Source of the DNA: Aplysia californica
Lineage: Eukaryota
DNA: 56,101 bases
NCBI RefSeq assembly: GCF_000002075.1
Contig: NW_004797900.1
Coordinates: forward strand, 103,011 to 159,111
Direction of reading: 5' to 3'
This document shows positions 37,201 through 49,314 of this stretch, piece after piece; the stretch's first letter is position 1; every line of letters starts with the position of its first letter. The notes beneath the pieces were generated by a model, which saw nothing but the letters and a program-made list of their open reading frames with translations, ran no database searches and was not told the origin of the DNA. A program made the position numbers and the translations under genes.

Positions 37201-38944
37201 TCAGGCTCTCCCCGCGCAGACACCGCAGCCTGGCGGCCGTTGACCTTGACGACGATGTACTCAGTGACCTCTCTGACCTCTCCGACCTCAGTGACCTGAG
37301 CGACGGGGACCTCGGGAACGAAGAGGACGACATGTTGACGAACAACTTCCGCGAGGAAACCACCAGAAGTGTCCACAGCCCCAGGGTGAAAAGTTCCATC
37401 TACAAATCTGGTCGCAGACGCACAGGTCGGTCGTTGAGTCTTTGCTTTGTTTAACAGACGCACAGGTCGGTCGTTGAGTCTTTGCTTTGTTTAACAGACG
37501 CACAGGTCGGTCGTTGAGTCTTTGCTTTGTTTAACAGACGCACAGGTCGGTCGTTGAGTCGTTGTTTCAGTGAACACAAAAAGTGTTGAGGCAAAAAAAA
37601 AAATTTGATGAAAATTGCCCAACTGTCAGAAAAATGCCAGCCAGTTTCTTCAATTTGTATTATTTGGACAAGCGCGTGATTTCACCTCAATGCCACACAA
37701 ATACTTCTTGTTTCTGTTGAGTAGCATGGCGCATTCACACAGTGATATATCTGACTTTCTGTTCATCGTTTAGTTTACTGTTAAAAGAAAAAAGCAGTTC
37801 ATGATGGACTGACAATAAAGAGAAACGGTTGAGAGTTGACAGGACAATGGGTGTGGTTCAACAACCTGAGGGTAACTACTACCTCTTTCCATTGTGTAGA
37901 AGATATCTCACTTTCACTCTAAGTCCAGCACAGGTTTTTAACAATCTTCTCTATGTGCATATTTAGCCATTTTTTTAGACCCATCTTTGTTTTTTTTTTT
38001 GGGTGCCTGTGTGTGCGTGTGCGTGAATATTGTTTGTACATGATCCATTTATGTAAAGCGCCTAGAGCTGTGTTCACACGGGAGTGGGTGCTATAGAAAT
38101 TATCTACATTTTTATTATTATTATTATATTACATTTAGCCTTTTTTTAAAATCCATCTCTTTATACCGTTTGCAACAGGACAACTTAGAGGGCTTTCTCT
38201 GTTTTTGGTTTAAAGTTATTAGCAGTCACAGATCGACACTGGCTCGCTATACATCGTACAGAATATGGGTCACGATGCGGTGGAATCAGTCGCTCGTCAA
38301 TTTTTATGCATGTGGAGTTATTGGTATCATCTTAAAGCTTGTTCATCTATCTTGCTTTTGATGAAAAAAATACCCATCTATCTTGAGCAGAAGTGAAGAT
38401 ATTTGTGATTGAAAAGTTCACTTGGTTTCAGCTGTAAAAATAGCGAGAAAATGGCCACCAAAGTTTGGTAACTTCAATAGCTGAAGTGTCCTTGAAAACT
38501 GAAAAACACATATCAACTTTTTAAATATAATTCACATGGAAATGTGTTTTTATTTGGACAAAAAAGGGTTGAACGTAAAACCCAAAATTTGATTAAAATA
38601 TTGCGAAACTGGTGGAAAAATGCCTGTTTCTCCACTTTGGTTATTTTGACGAGTGCCTGAATTCACCATGATGCCTCACATATAAAAAGTAAAAAGAAGT
38701 CGGTAATCACTGAAGAAAGTATTATTTATCTATCCAATATGAAAGCGGAAATTTTAACATTATATTTGTTGCAACATGACAAGGCGTTGTCTTTGAACAT
38801 CATGGTTTGGCTTCTTGTTTTGGGTGAATCATTTGTTTCTGTTTTTCATTTTCAGGTAAAGTTGAATTTGACCTGAGCGACCTTGAGCTGAGCGACGTAG
38901 AGGACGTGAACGTTGATGCCGACAGCATAGACTTGTACGATTAG
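28202..38944 (+). CDS. Uncharacterised 428-aa coiled-coil protein with acidic C-terminus. Exons 28202-28267, 29277-29525, 30742-30823, 31390-31585, 32465-32532, 33596-33672, 34297-34391, 35366-35469, 37165-37425, 38856-38944
   Basis: Ten GT-AG exons with matching phases sum to 1287 nt, ATG to TAG: MDWGDKLHSIVKETEENLAKAK|EKLTGK..QDQIDSQNR|TIDGLQELVRALNNERGFYKEQISQLK|NEVDGL..|..LNSKLDNLERKV..|..DDVLSDLSDLSDLSDLSDGD..|GKVEFDLSDLELSDVEDVNVDADSIDLYD*. Codons are GC3-rich against an AT-rich background. A probable non-coding first exon ends near 27383 (GG|GTAAGG). Confidence 0.85.
29826..30000 (+). mobile_element. SINE family A copy
   Basis: Homology; approximate TSD GACAACTT/GACAATTT. Confidence 0.82.
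30514..30681 (+). mobile_element. SINE family A copy
   Basis: Homology; tail ~60 nt before exon 30742. Confidence 0.8.
31228..31308 (+). mobile_element. SINE/LINE 3' fragment family B, sharing the ATGACC..CCGTAAAAC..ACTAAAA end with family A
   Basis: Related copies at ~5367-5445 (-), ~33745-33787 (+) and ~47930-48010 (-). Flanked by GATGATGATGA on both sides. Confidence 0.65.
31669..31848. mobile_element. CTGTCC MITE copy
   Basis: Homology. Confidence 0.8.
31997..32240. mobile_element. Dispersed DNA-transposon-like repeat, second copy at ~53089-53315
   Basis: Two colinear ~230-bp copies starting TTAA(A)GGACAAGCGGG. Confidence 0.6.
34018..34204 (+). mobile_element. SINE family A copy
   Basis: TSD CAAAATCTTCTT/CAAAACCTTCTT; a partial further copy at ~34455-34556. 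Confidence 0.85.
34610..34788. mobile_element. CTGTCC MITE copy
   Basis: TSD ACTGTT/ACAGTT. Confidence 0.88.
35098..35280 (+). mobile_element. SINE family A copy
   Basis: Full-length homology. Confidence 0.85.
35489..36047. mobile_element. piggyBac-like non-autonomous element
   Basis: TTAA|CCCTATCCATAC ... GTACGGCTAGGG|TTAA: TIRs with TTAA TSD. Confidence 0.65.
35694..36025 (-). mobile_element. RTE-clade LINE 3' fragment nested in a piggyBac-like element
   Basis: KTIRKRQMQFLGHLNRHKGLEHLALTGKIEGKQGRGRPRTTY; (GAT)n tail. A further degenerate copy lies at ~36355-36543 (+). Confidence 0.85.
36645..36763. repeat. 23-bp minisatellite x5
   Basis: Unit CTACTATCCTCAACAACTGAGGC. Confidence 0.9.
36790..37124 (+). 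mobile_element. SINE family A copy (36887-37066) nested in an older family A copy
   Basis: Perfect 12-bp TSD TCTTCAGCACTT at 36875-36886 and 37067-37078. Confidence 0.85.
37415..37560. repeat. 40-bp minisatellite x3.6 spanning an exon/intron junction
   Basis: Unit CAGACGCACAG|GTCGGTCGTTGAGTCTTTGCTTTGTTTAA. Confidence 0.92.
38266..38680. mobile_element. ~420-bp MITE with GGTGGAATCAGGCGCTCGTCAA-type TIR
   Basis: Colinear with 50551-50994; related ends at ~17780-17820 and ~46500-46650. Confidence 0.7.
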
Positions 38945-39489
38945 TTATAAACTTTCCGACTGGTGTTTTTGAGTTTTGTTGTGTATACACTGGAGTCCAC
39001 ATATTAAAGTGTCCTCTTTTACGTTAAGAAACCTGTCTAAGCAGCAGCTTTATGCAGAGTTCTTTCTTTTTGGACGTTTCTATTGAAATGATTTGATACA
39101 AAATGCTGGTTGCAGCAGCTTCATGTGTACTGACTCCAATGTGTGTCTGACATTGAAAACATCTTTTTATAAGCAATGTCTTCTAAAGAAAAAGAGCAAT
39201 ATTTACTCTATAATCCCTGTAACAGCATTATCTATCTATATATAGAAACACTTGCTTTCTTTTTCTTTTCTTTTTGTTTAATCACACGTATGCTCACTTA
39301 TTCAGTGTCTTGATATTCAAGTCCATGTACACTCAACGAAATCTGTGGTTTTTAATGTGTCGTTGAATGGAATGACCAACATAATAAGCTGTTCGTTCTT
39401 CGCTTGCTGCCGTAAAAATGTTGTTGTTTTGAGGGATATTATTAGCTAGATCGAGTACTGTGTAACTGCTTCTGGCGGGTCGAGATTTG

Positions 39490-39710
39490 TTGTGTTTGCC
39501 GTGTGTTTGTGTTGTGTGTGTGTGTTTATCGTGTGTGTTCGTGTTGTGTGTGTGTGTTTATCGTGTGTGTGTGTTTATCGTGTGTGTTTGTGTTGTGTGT
39601 GTGTGTTTATCGTGTGTGTGTGTTTATCGTGTGTGTTGTGTGTGTGTGTTTATCGTGTGTGTGTGTTTATCGTGTGTGTTCGTGTCGTGTGTATGTGTGT
39701 TTGTGTTGTG
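39490..39710. repeat. Compound (GT)n/TTTATC microsatellite
   Basis: Direct inspection. Confidence 0.9.
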
Positions 39711-40066
39711 GGCTTACACCCAGAATACACTGCCAAGTGGATTTTTTTATTCAATCTACTTTTAGCTTATTTTATTTTTTTAGTCATAGAAAAGTCGGCA
39801 GATCCATTATTGAATTGTTTGGTACCACAAGTGAATCGTAGCAGTGGGCTGGTCACTCATCAACAAGCTGCGATATCTTTTCTGTCAAAGTGAAGACTTT
39901 ATCCCAACAGAACTGTCCACACAATAATAGTAACATACACGTAACTTTTTCCTTCTGGAGGACTCTTTGTCTTCTGTTTTCATGGCCCGTACAAATTGGT
40001 ACGACGTGTATAATCATTTGTGAAGCGTGCTGACAAAATGAGTTACTTCTCGGATTTTATCCGTAT

Positions 40067-40207
40067 GGAAATAGATACATCACGCTTATAGGTGAATTTT
40101 TTTACAATTTATAGGAAATAGATACATCACGCTTATAGGTGAATTTTTTTACAATTTATAGGAAATAGATACATCACGCTTATAGGTGAAGTTTTTTACA
40201 ATTTATA
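40067..40207. repeat. ~46-bp tandem repeat x3
   Basis: Unit GGAAATAGATACATCACGCTTATAGGTGAATTTTTTTACAATTTATA. Confidence 0.9.
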
Positions 40208-40709
40208 AGTGTGAAATAAGAAAAGACATTTTGTACTTTAAGATTGCAGCCTCAATAGAAAATGCGAATTTCACCCTAGTGTCGATTTTTGGCCAGTATC
40301 TCCATTTGTAGGTTGTGAGAAGTAACTCATTTTGTCAGCTCGCCTCACATTTTTCTTTCAGTTTCAATAGGAATATTTTATTTCTATTAATTCATCAGAG
40401 GTGCCAGTTGGCTTGAGAAAAAAATATCCTGAACGTTTCTGACCCTGTGGGAACATGCATGTGGGGATTTGAAATTTACCAATCATTTTGTCTACTACAT
40501 CTTGTATCAAGGCTGTTTTTTATATATATAGAGTGTGATAATTTCTCAACGATCAGCCCCAAGTCGGACAATTTCAAGAATCTGGATTTCTGGATTTTTC
40601 CGGAAATTCATCGCCTCTGTTATTTTGCCTGTGAAGTACACCCACCCATAATGTTACTCTGTGTTAGAGAATACTTTCCGGTAGCTTTTGGAACGATTCT
40701 ACTCCCACC

Positions 40710-40946
40710 GGGGAAGATATTTTGTGGAGTTTCTGAATAGGAAGATATTTTGTGGAGTTTCTGAATAGGAAGATATTTTGAGGTGTTTCTAAATTGGAAG
40801 ATATTTTGTGGTGTGTCTGACTCTGTCATTCTGTTGGGAAGATATCTTGTGGCGTTTCTGACTTTGTCGTTCGATTTGGAAGATATTCTGTGGTGCGTCT
40901 ATCTCTATCATTGTGTTGGGAAGATATTTTGTTGTGTTTCTGAATA
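40710..40946. repeat. Degenerate GGAAGATATTTTGTGG.. tandem array
   Basis: About 7 copies with 28-42 bp spacing. Confidence 0.8.
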
Positions 40947-40947
40947 G

Positions 40948-41130
40948 CTGTCCCCATCGTTTTATGCAAGAAAAATTATGAAATTATGCAAACTGAGCCC
41001 AAAAATGTGAAATTATGCGATTCTGGGGTTTTTTTTTAACAAAGAATGATAAAGGAAAATAATCAGAAATTATGCAAAAAATGATCAAATTTTGCTAAAT
41101 TATGCGGGGTGCATAAAACCACAGGGACAG
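40948..41130. mobile_element. CTGTCC MITE copy
   Basis: Homology; another copy at 41639-41821. Confidence 0.85.
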
Positions 41131-42389
41131 CTGAATGTTTGAATGACTGTGGATATTTTACGCATCCACGCCCTTCCCGACGTTCCTGTACTCTTATGGT
41201 ACTTAGAGTTAGCTATTCATATAATTATCATTATATATATATATATCTATAAGAATATAAATGTGTGTCATTTCATAATTGCAAGATGCTCTTTCCTTCT
41301 TCCTTCGCACTAAAACTTTAAACTCTTTTTCCACAACAGGACTCTGTGTCTTCCATGTTCATGGTCCTTACAAACTTCGACGATTATTTTCTTATCCAAT
41401 CTGTACTTTTTCACAGGATACTAATTTTTAACACAATGTTCGATATATTATATACGTTTGATATATTATATACGTTTGATATATTATATACAAAAAGGAA
41501 ATATTTGTTGAAGTTGCCAATGTTTCAGTCCGTTGTGTCATAATAATAATAATAATAATAATAATAGTATGATTTTAAAGTACATCTATATGTTTCACAT
41601 ATGATTTTATGGACGTATTCCACAGCAGTTCCTCATATCTGTCCTCGTCGTTTTATGCAAGAAATATTCTAAAATTATCCAAACTGAGCCCAAAAAATGT
41701 GGAATTATGCGATTCTGTTAATTTTAACAAAGAATGATAAAGGAAAATAATCAGAAATTATACCCCAAAAAAAAGATCAAATTTGCTAAATTATGCGGGG
41801 TGCATAAAACCCCGGGGACAGATATATACCATGACTCACAAGTGACTGCAAACTGGCTGGTTCTCTGCCCGGCCCGGCCGGCTTTCATCAACATGAGCAA
41901 TCTGTGATATTTTTACTTGAGAAGAAGCAAATTTTGTCAGTGTTTAGTTTGTGTTTTCACACAATTCACTTCTCATAATCAAAGCCATACTCGAAGATCT
42001 GATCGGTACTATGGACATTGCCATTGCATATATATATATATATATATATAATATATATATATATGTACTTTATACGTACTTTTACTCACTTATCTGTACT
42101 TTGTACACACATTCTGCAAGACTTTGATTTACACAAAATTTCTGTTACCACAAAAGAGCTTCAGTTCCCTGAGATTTTTACCCCCTCTTTATTCCGAAAT
42201 ATTCTATACATAAATCCTTAATGCAACTTCCCTTGACCAACATGTCAATTGTCTACCGCCAAGAAATTCTCTGGTCCAGTGAATTTTGTCTTTTCAAGGT
42301 TTTACTGTATATATTTTAACAAATTCACCATCAGTATTTTGAGTTTACTACTTTTAAATGGTTGGTAAATATGCGGTGCATAGGGCTAG

Positions 42390-42896
42390 GGAAACTTTTC
42401 ATCAAAGTGTAGTTTTATTTTGGGAATACTTTTCATCAAAGTGTGATTGTATTTTGGAAATACTTTTCATCAAAGTGTAGTTTTATTTTGGGAATACTTT
42501 TCATCAAAGTGTGATTGTATTTTGGAAATACTTTTCATCAAAGTGTGGTTGTATTTTGGGAATACTTTTCATCAAAGTGTGATTGTATTTTGGGAATACT
42601 TTTCATCAAAGTGTGGTTGTATTTTGGAAATACTTTTCATCAAAGTGTGGTTGTATTTTGGAAATACTTTTCATCAAAGTGTGGTTGTATTTTGGAAATA
42701 CTTTTCATCAAAGTGTGGTTGTATTTTGGAAATACTTTTCATCAAAGTGTGGTTGTATTTTGGGAATACTTTTCATCAAAGTGTGATTGTATTTTGGGAA
42801 TACTTTTCATCAAAGTGTGGTTGTATTTTGGAAATACTTTTCATCAAAGTGTGGTTGTATTTTGGAAATACTTTTCATCAAAGTGTGGTTGTATTC
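42390..42896. repeat. 34-bp minisatellite, ~15 copies
   Basis: Unit GGAAATACTTTTCATCAAAGTGTGGTTGTATTTT. Confidence 0.93.
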
Positions 42897-43744
42897 TCCT
42901 TTCTATCTCACCAAAGCCTTTACTAAAAGGATGCCTTTTGATCGAAGATGAAGACTCATAATGACATCACCAGATATTGGTTTCCAATTCAAATCTATGC
43001 CCACTTGATGCAAGGCTTCTATACAGGAAACGAAGCTTTCACTTTTTAGGATGCCATGATGCCACCAACTTCCCCTTCCAAATATCGGAGACCCCCCGCC
43101 ATCTTATCACACGGAGGGAACAGTTGTATCGGGATTCTCCTTCTGTGTCAGAAATGTGCGTTCTTTTCTTTTACATGTTGACAGTTTTTTTAAATATTAT
43201 GTGTCCATATTTTCTTACATATAATGTATCCATATCTCAATGATATCGAAATAAATGTGTGTGTGCCTGAAGAAAGGTACCAAAAGTCGAATTTTGACCA
43301 TTTTGAGTTAAGGCTTGTACCTTGCAGGACACTCAATGCTCAACACAGGGGTCATTGAATTTGTGAGATATCTCAAGTAGTTTTTGAGATATTGCACATT
43401 TTGTGAGGTAAGGTGTAAAGATCTAATTTTGAGAAAATTAGCTTTTAAGTTTAGGACACGTATACAAACTTTAAAAAATACCCTAGTCTCAAAAGTATTC
43501 AAAATAAAATATTTAGAGGTCAAATCAATGAAAACCCTCCTGACACATTGTTATAAAAATGGTGGAACTATCATTAAATTTATGGAGACACTTTTTGGTC
43601 AAAAAAGTGATTTTTGTCATTATCAGCTGGTAGCTCAAAATGGTCTGTGGCGACTTTTGGTACCTTTCTAGAGGCACACACACAAATATAAACAATGGGA
43701 AAATGACATTCCGTCTTCCTTCTTGTCTTTGTTTTAGTATAAGT

Positions 43745-44088
43745 TTTTTAGTTTGAGTAAAAGTTTTACGGCATTTACAACACAATAAGGTCATAGAAGT
43801 ACCGAAGATTAGAGGTGTTACAAGCGATAACTAGCGCAACAAAGAAGGAGGGGAGAAAAGGACGATAGATGTTAGATAGGAAAGAAGGAGCAAACCACAC
43901 CAGAGCACCTGCCAACCACCCACTTGTATATGTTTTATGGCCCTTACAAGACAAAAAAGTCATACAAGTGCCAAAGATTAGAGATTTTACTAGAGAGTAA
44001 CATACAAAAAAGATGGAGAGATAAGGATGACAGATGTTTGATAAAGAAGGCGCAAACCACGCACGCCAGAGCACCCTGCAACCACCCA
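43745..44088 (-). mobile_element. Two adjacent SINE family A copies
   Basis: Reverse-complement homology; another copy at ~44955-45110. Confidence 0.8.
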
Positions 44089-44219
44089 TTGAGGCGGACT
44101 ATCTTTGGACAAGGAATAGGTCCAAATGACAGGGAAAAAAAAGTCTTTGAAGACAAGACAGATGACAGTTTTTGTCAAACTGTCATTTTTCACAATGCAT
44201 TCTACAGCACAGCTCAAGT

Positions 44220-44398
44220 CTATCTCCGCGGTTTTATGCAAATTAAATTCTGAAACTATGCAAACTGAGCCCAAAAATGTGAAATTATGCGATTCTGTTC
44301 ATTTTAGCAAAGAACGATATAGGAAAATAATCAGAAATTATGCAGAAAATGATCAAATTTTGCTAAATTCTGCGGGGTGCATAAAACCACGGGGACAG
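44220..44398. mobile_element. CTGTCC MITE copy
   Basis: Perfect TSD TCAAGT. Confidence 0.88.
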
Positions 44399-46856
44399 TC
44401 AAGTCCAAGCCTCAACCACGAGGAATTCCAGTTTGTTTGAGCAAAGAGAGGCGCAATGACACAATGGTCATTTAGTGCAAGGGGGGGGGGGGGGGGGTCG
44501 GGGGGAGTAAAAGACAGACAGAACAAAGGAGGGAAAGTAAAGAAGTCGGAGGGACCTGCCGGTGGTACCCCCAGCCATCCGCGTGTAATAACTAATAATA
44601 ATAATAAATTGTAATAATAATTATAAAAAATACAACAAGGCCTCTTATTTTCTTACATAATTTTGAAAAACAACTTTTTTTCACATTTATTGTGAAATTT
44701 CTTTTACAATTGAGAGAAAACTGCACGACATTTCAAACAACATTTCACACAACTGCACAAAAAAACACATCATTCTCTCACAGACCCACAGTGTGTACAG
44801 AAATAAAATACAATATATTATATATGTATAATATTGTCGGCCAGCAGATGTCCAAATGCACCTTGCCCAAAATTTGGAGAAAAAAATTTTTCTCTTTCAG
44901 TTAGTTACTCTGTGGAACATTTGGTCAAAATTCAAATTCTAAAAGATGAAAAGTTTTTAGTTTTAGTTTTAGTAAGAGTTTTACGGCACTTTCAACACAA
45001 TATGGTCATATAAGTGCCGAAGAATGGGGATGTGTTACAAGAGAGTACTAGTTACAAACACAAAAAAGAAGTAGGAGAGATAAGGACGATAAATCTTTGA
45101 TAGGAAAGAAAAAAAAACCCCATCATGTAGGCAGAATTGTGAAAAAAAAGACACAGTTTTTTTCCTCTCCCCTGTAAAATGTTGCTTTCTTTCTGGGCTA
45201 AGCACATTAGGACAGCTTACCGGCGATATTGTGTGTGAACGTTTGATGAGTACATTTTGTGAAACTGATGGCGTGTGACTCGATGAGATGGTCTAATGCT
45301 GAAATAAGGACGACGTGAGTTGTTGCAATATCTGAAACTTGTAGTATCACAGCGAATAAAACATTTTCTAAAAACTGGCAGCAAAACTGTTTGGACATGG
45401 AGTACTCGAAAACAAAACAAGGCTTATTATAAGGACTGGCAATTGTTAAGTATGCACGTAATACACTATTGGACACGATCATATGCACTTTTTTCTACTA
45501 ATCAGATGGCGTCAATCTCATGTAAATGGGCAAGGGAAAAAAAAAAGGATTGACAATTGCATCGTCTTGTGTACTTTCAAAAATGTAAGCGACGTCTGCT
45601 TCAACTCTGACAACTGACACATTAAAATGACTTCAGTTGAGAGCGATATAATTTTCANNNNNNNNNNNNNNNNNNNNNNNNNNNNNNNNNNNNNNNNNNN
45701 NNNNNNNNNNNNNNNNNNNNNNNNNNNNNNNNNNNNNNNNNNNNNNNNNNNNNNNNNNNNNNNNNNNNNNNNNNNNNNNNNNNNNNNNNNNNNNNNNNNN
45801 NNNNNNNNNNNNNNNNNNNNNNNNNNNNNNNNNNNNNNNNNNNNNNNNNNCATAACACAGTGAAATACGGCGCACGTCAATTTCTGGGAGACTCTACAGG
45901 CGAACATGGCCGACAGCAGTAGTGTGAAAAATGCTGACATCATCATTGAAAGTCTAGTGATAAATAGGAAATTAACAGGGAAAAGGTTAAAGAAAAAAAA
46001 AAAACAGAACACAAAGTACATTCACATTTCAAGTATTACTTTTTAGAATAAAACAGGAAATTCAGCGACTGCGCAAGGCAAAACTCAAAATGCCTAGAAC
46101 AAAGTGAGAAACATTTCATGATACGAATGACAAATTTCTGAGATCTCTTTGACACAACAGACGCAGCATGAGACAGCCTCAGCAATATCAGGCACGCTCG
46201 TCTCCCCCTTTGAACAGGCAGCGTTACAACTTTTCTACCAAAAACCTCACTTTGATAGTGCTTAGATCATGCAACTGATTGGTTTTTTCTCAATAATTTG
46301 CTTGTCATCCTGTGGGCTAACCACACTTGCCAACCACTCCATGTCCAAAAATCCTCAAAATCTGCCAAAAACTCGGGAGTTTGGGGAAAAAAATGGCAGT
46401 CTTCAAAACCCCAGTGTATTTAGATCATGCAACAAACTGATAGTGGAAAATAAAAAAATGCTACCAAAAAAAATTAATTAATTAATAAAATAATAAATGT
46501 GAGGCGACATAGTGGAATCAAGTGTTCATAGATATTTGAGCATAACGGAGTTATTGCAAAACCAAAAACATAAAATTTGATTAAAGTTACCCACTGGGCA
46601 GAAATGTTTCAGAATTTTGATAAGTGCCTGAATTTTTACCACAACGCCATACGTATATTTTCAAGACATATATGATAAGTTGCGCAAAAATTTGCAAACG
46701 TAACGTTCATGTTATTTACTAAAAGAAATTGGATTTTATGCAAAAACTCCATCAGGGTACTTTGAAGGACAAAGGACAATTGGAGAGCTCCGGTTTTTAT
46801 TAACGGAGCACTTGGCACGTTGGAAAAACCCACAAACTTTTTAAATCCGTTCAGTG

Positions 46857-47110
46857 GCTGACATTATGTTCCTGGGAAAGGCACTTTACACAAAACTTCC
46901 TCCTTTCACGTGTGAGAAAATGGGTACCCAGTTATAGACAGTGAAAGATCATGTCAGATCGATAGTGTTTGAGCCCGTGGAATCCACAGCTTGCACTGTA
47001 TGCTTCCCGGGAAGCCGAGAATGTTTTTGAGACAAGTTCTAGAGTCAGCTGGGGTAATAACGTTTGAAAAGTGCACAGAGCACACTGTAGAGCGTAAACA
47101 TGAACTAGAT
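46857..47110 (+). mobile_element. SINE family C copy
   Basis: Colinear with 11233-11512. Confidence 0.7.
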
Positions 47111-49135
47111 AAATCGAGGGCTATGGTAAGTCATGCTTTTCAAATTTTACAGGAGAGACCCCCCCCCCAAAAAAAAACTAACCCTTCCAGCCCCAAGCGC
47201 GTATATTTTCAGCAGCGCTTGTTGTACCTCCCTCCGTCCCAAGAGCGTATATTCTCAGTTTCGGGGGGGGGGGGTACCGAATTCGCGCATTTTTCGAAAT
47301 TAGTGAACTTGATTAAACTTTAATTTTCTTATTACTTGTTTATGTATCTTTAAAAATTGGAATATGTTATTATCAAAGCTACATTACAAAGATACTACAT
47401 CACTTTTTAGAAATGTCTCTTTTTCTGAACTACTGCTGTATTGGCTGGGACTGGGGTTAGGGAGTGCACAAAAATGGCTGGGGCTGGAAGGGTTAAAAGT
47501 GTTTTGGAAGAATAAACTTCATGTTCATAAGGACGCCTACAAATGCCAAGACAGACATTAAGCTCTCTTATGAAAATGAAGTTCCTCCACCCAAAACGTT
47601 TTTTAAAAAATCAGTTGTTTTTTTGTCTCTCCTGTAAAATTGGAAAAGCATGACTTACCATAGTTTACTTGGCGGCCCTCGAAATGCAATCATTATTGTC
47701 ATGTAATTGTAATATATATATAATAAATACAAGAATAGCATATGTCTTACGGTTGTCTTCATATATTTGCCCCCCCCCCCCCACCATTTCACACGAGATT
47801 CAAACTCTAGCTTCACAACTGAATGAGGCACAGAATTTTATGATTTACACATTGTGCATGCTGTAACGGCGATGCTGTGAACATACAAGAGACACAAGCC
47901 TTCTAGTTTAGTTTTCCTAAACTTTTTTGTTTTGTTTTAGAAGAGGTTTTATGGCGCTTGCAACTGCACAAGGTCATATGAGCGCCAAGGGGTGGATGTC
48001 AACAGAGAAGTCCCTACAGGGAATCAGACTTACTTTGCTCACCTCTCTAGCTTCAACAGTACAAAGTCTGCTTCGACTATCAAGGCACCCTGGAAATAGC
48101 AGGCCACAAGAGTGAGACAAATATACAAAAGAAGTAGAGGAAAATGACGATAGTAAGGATGGGGAAAGAAAAAGCAGCAGTTCCCTGTTGCAGTTCAGGC
48201 ACAGATTAGAGCATGCCATTGATGAATCAGCCCATTTACAATAACAATTCTACTGTGCATAAGAACTACAGATGTTAATGCGCCCCCCCCCCCCCCTCGG
48301 GAATGGCCTAAAGACACTTCATTCAGTAGCACCACACCGGGGGGGTATTCGTAAGCTTTACTGCACTTACAACACAAAAAGGTCATACAACCAGCTTTCA
48401 GCGACCTCTGGTGAACAATGCTGTAACGAACTGAGCGACAACGAGAGTCACGTGACAACAGCACTTAACGTCCACAACAACAAGAAATAAATCAACATTT
48501 CAATACAACGAAGTTTACCTTTGAACGTTCTACAGAAGTTTTTTTTTAACAAGACGATAATTTTCTCCAACATATCTTGATTCATTATATTAAAGTCTAT
48601 CTCATTAAAACTGCCAAAAATTCTGTAAAGTGCTCAGAGCCTGTGTACTTTAATCGGGGTTGAGCGCTATATAAATGTCATTTACTATTTATTGTTATTA
48701 TTACAAATTACTGGCAACATAATACATGAACATTATTGGTAACATACTACACAAACATGTTTTCAAAATATGCACACATGTAGCCTACATGACAGACTGT
48801 GGAGAAAACCCCCCCTTCCTCCACTCTGTCCAAATCTTTTCCTTCTGTCGAGATATGATGAATCAAAAACATATTCACCGATTCATCAATCCCAGAATAT
48901 TGTCACGGTCAAGGAGCCACTCTTTCTACACACAAGCAGCCGGTCGTAAAGAGCTCAGGTCCAAACGTGACGGCAAAGCTCACAAGACAAAAAAATGTTT
49001 ACGAAAGACAAGAAACGTGAACAAAAGACAAGAAACGTGAACAAAAGACAAAACTATACAGTGGGATCTGCCCCAACAACCATCTGCATCTACGGACATT
49101 TCCCATTTCTGCCCCTTTCTTGTTTTTACATTATA

Positions 49136-49314
49136 CTGTCCCCGTCGTTTTATGCTAGAAAAATTCTGAAACTACGCAAACTGAGCCCAAAAATGTGAAA
49201 TTATGTGATTCTATTAATTTCAACAAAGAATTATAAAGGAAAATAATCAGAAATTACGCAAATAATGATCAAATTTCACTAAATTAAGCGGGCTGCATAA
49301 AACCACGGGGACAG
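49136..49314. mobile_element. CTGTCC MITE copy
   Basis: Perfect TSD ATTATA. Confidence 0.88.

Noticed and set aside
42390-42896. Regular 34-bp array (also 13160-13340, 8760-9210) as a CRISPR-like array or repeat protein
   Set aside because: Head-to-tail units without unique spacers, eukaryotic context and no cas genes; ordinary minisatellites.
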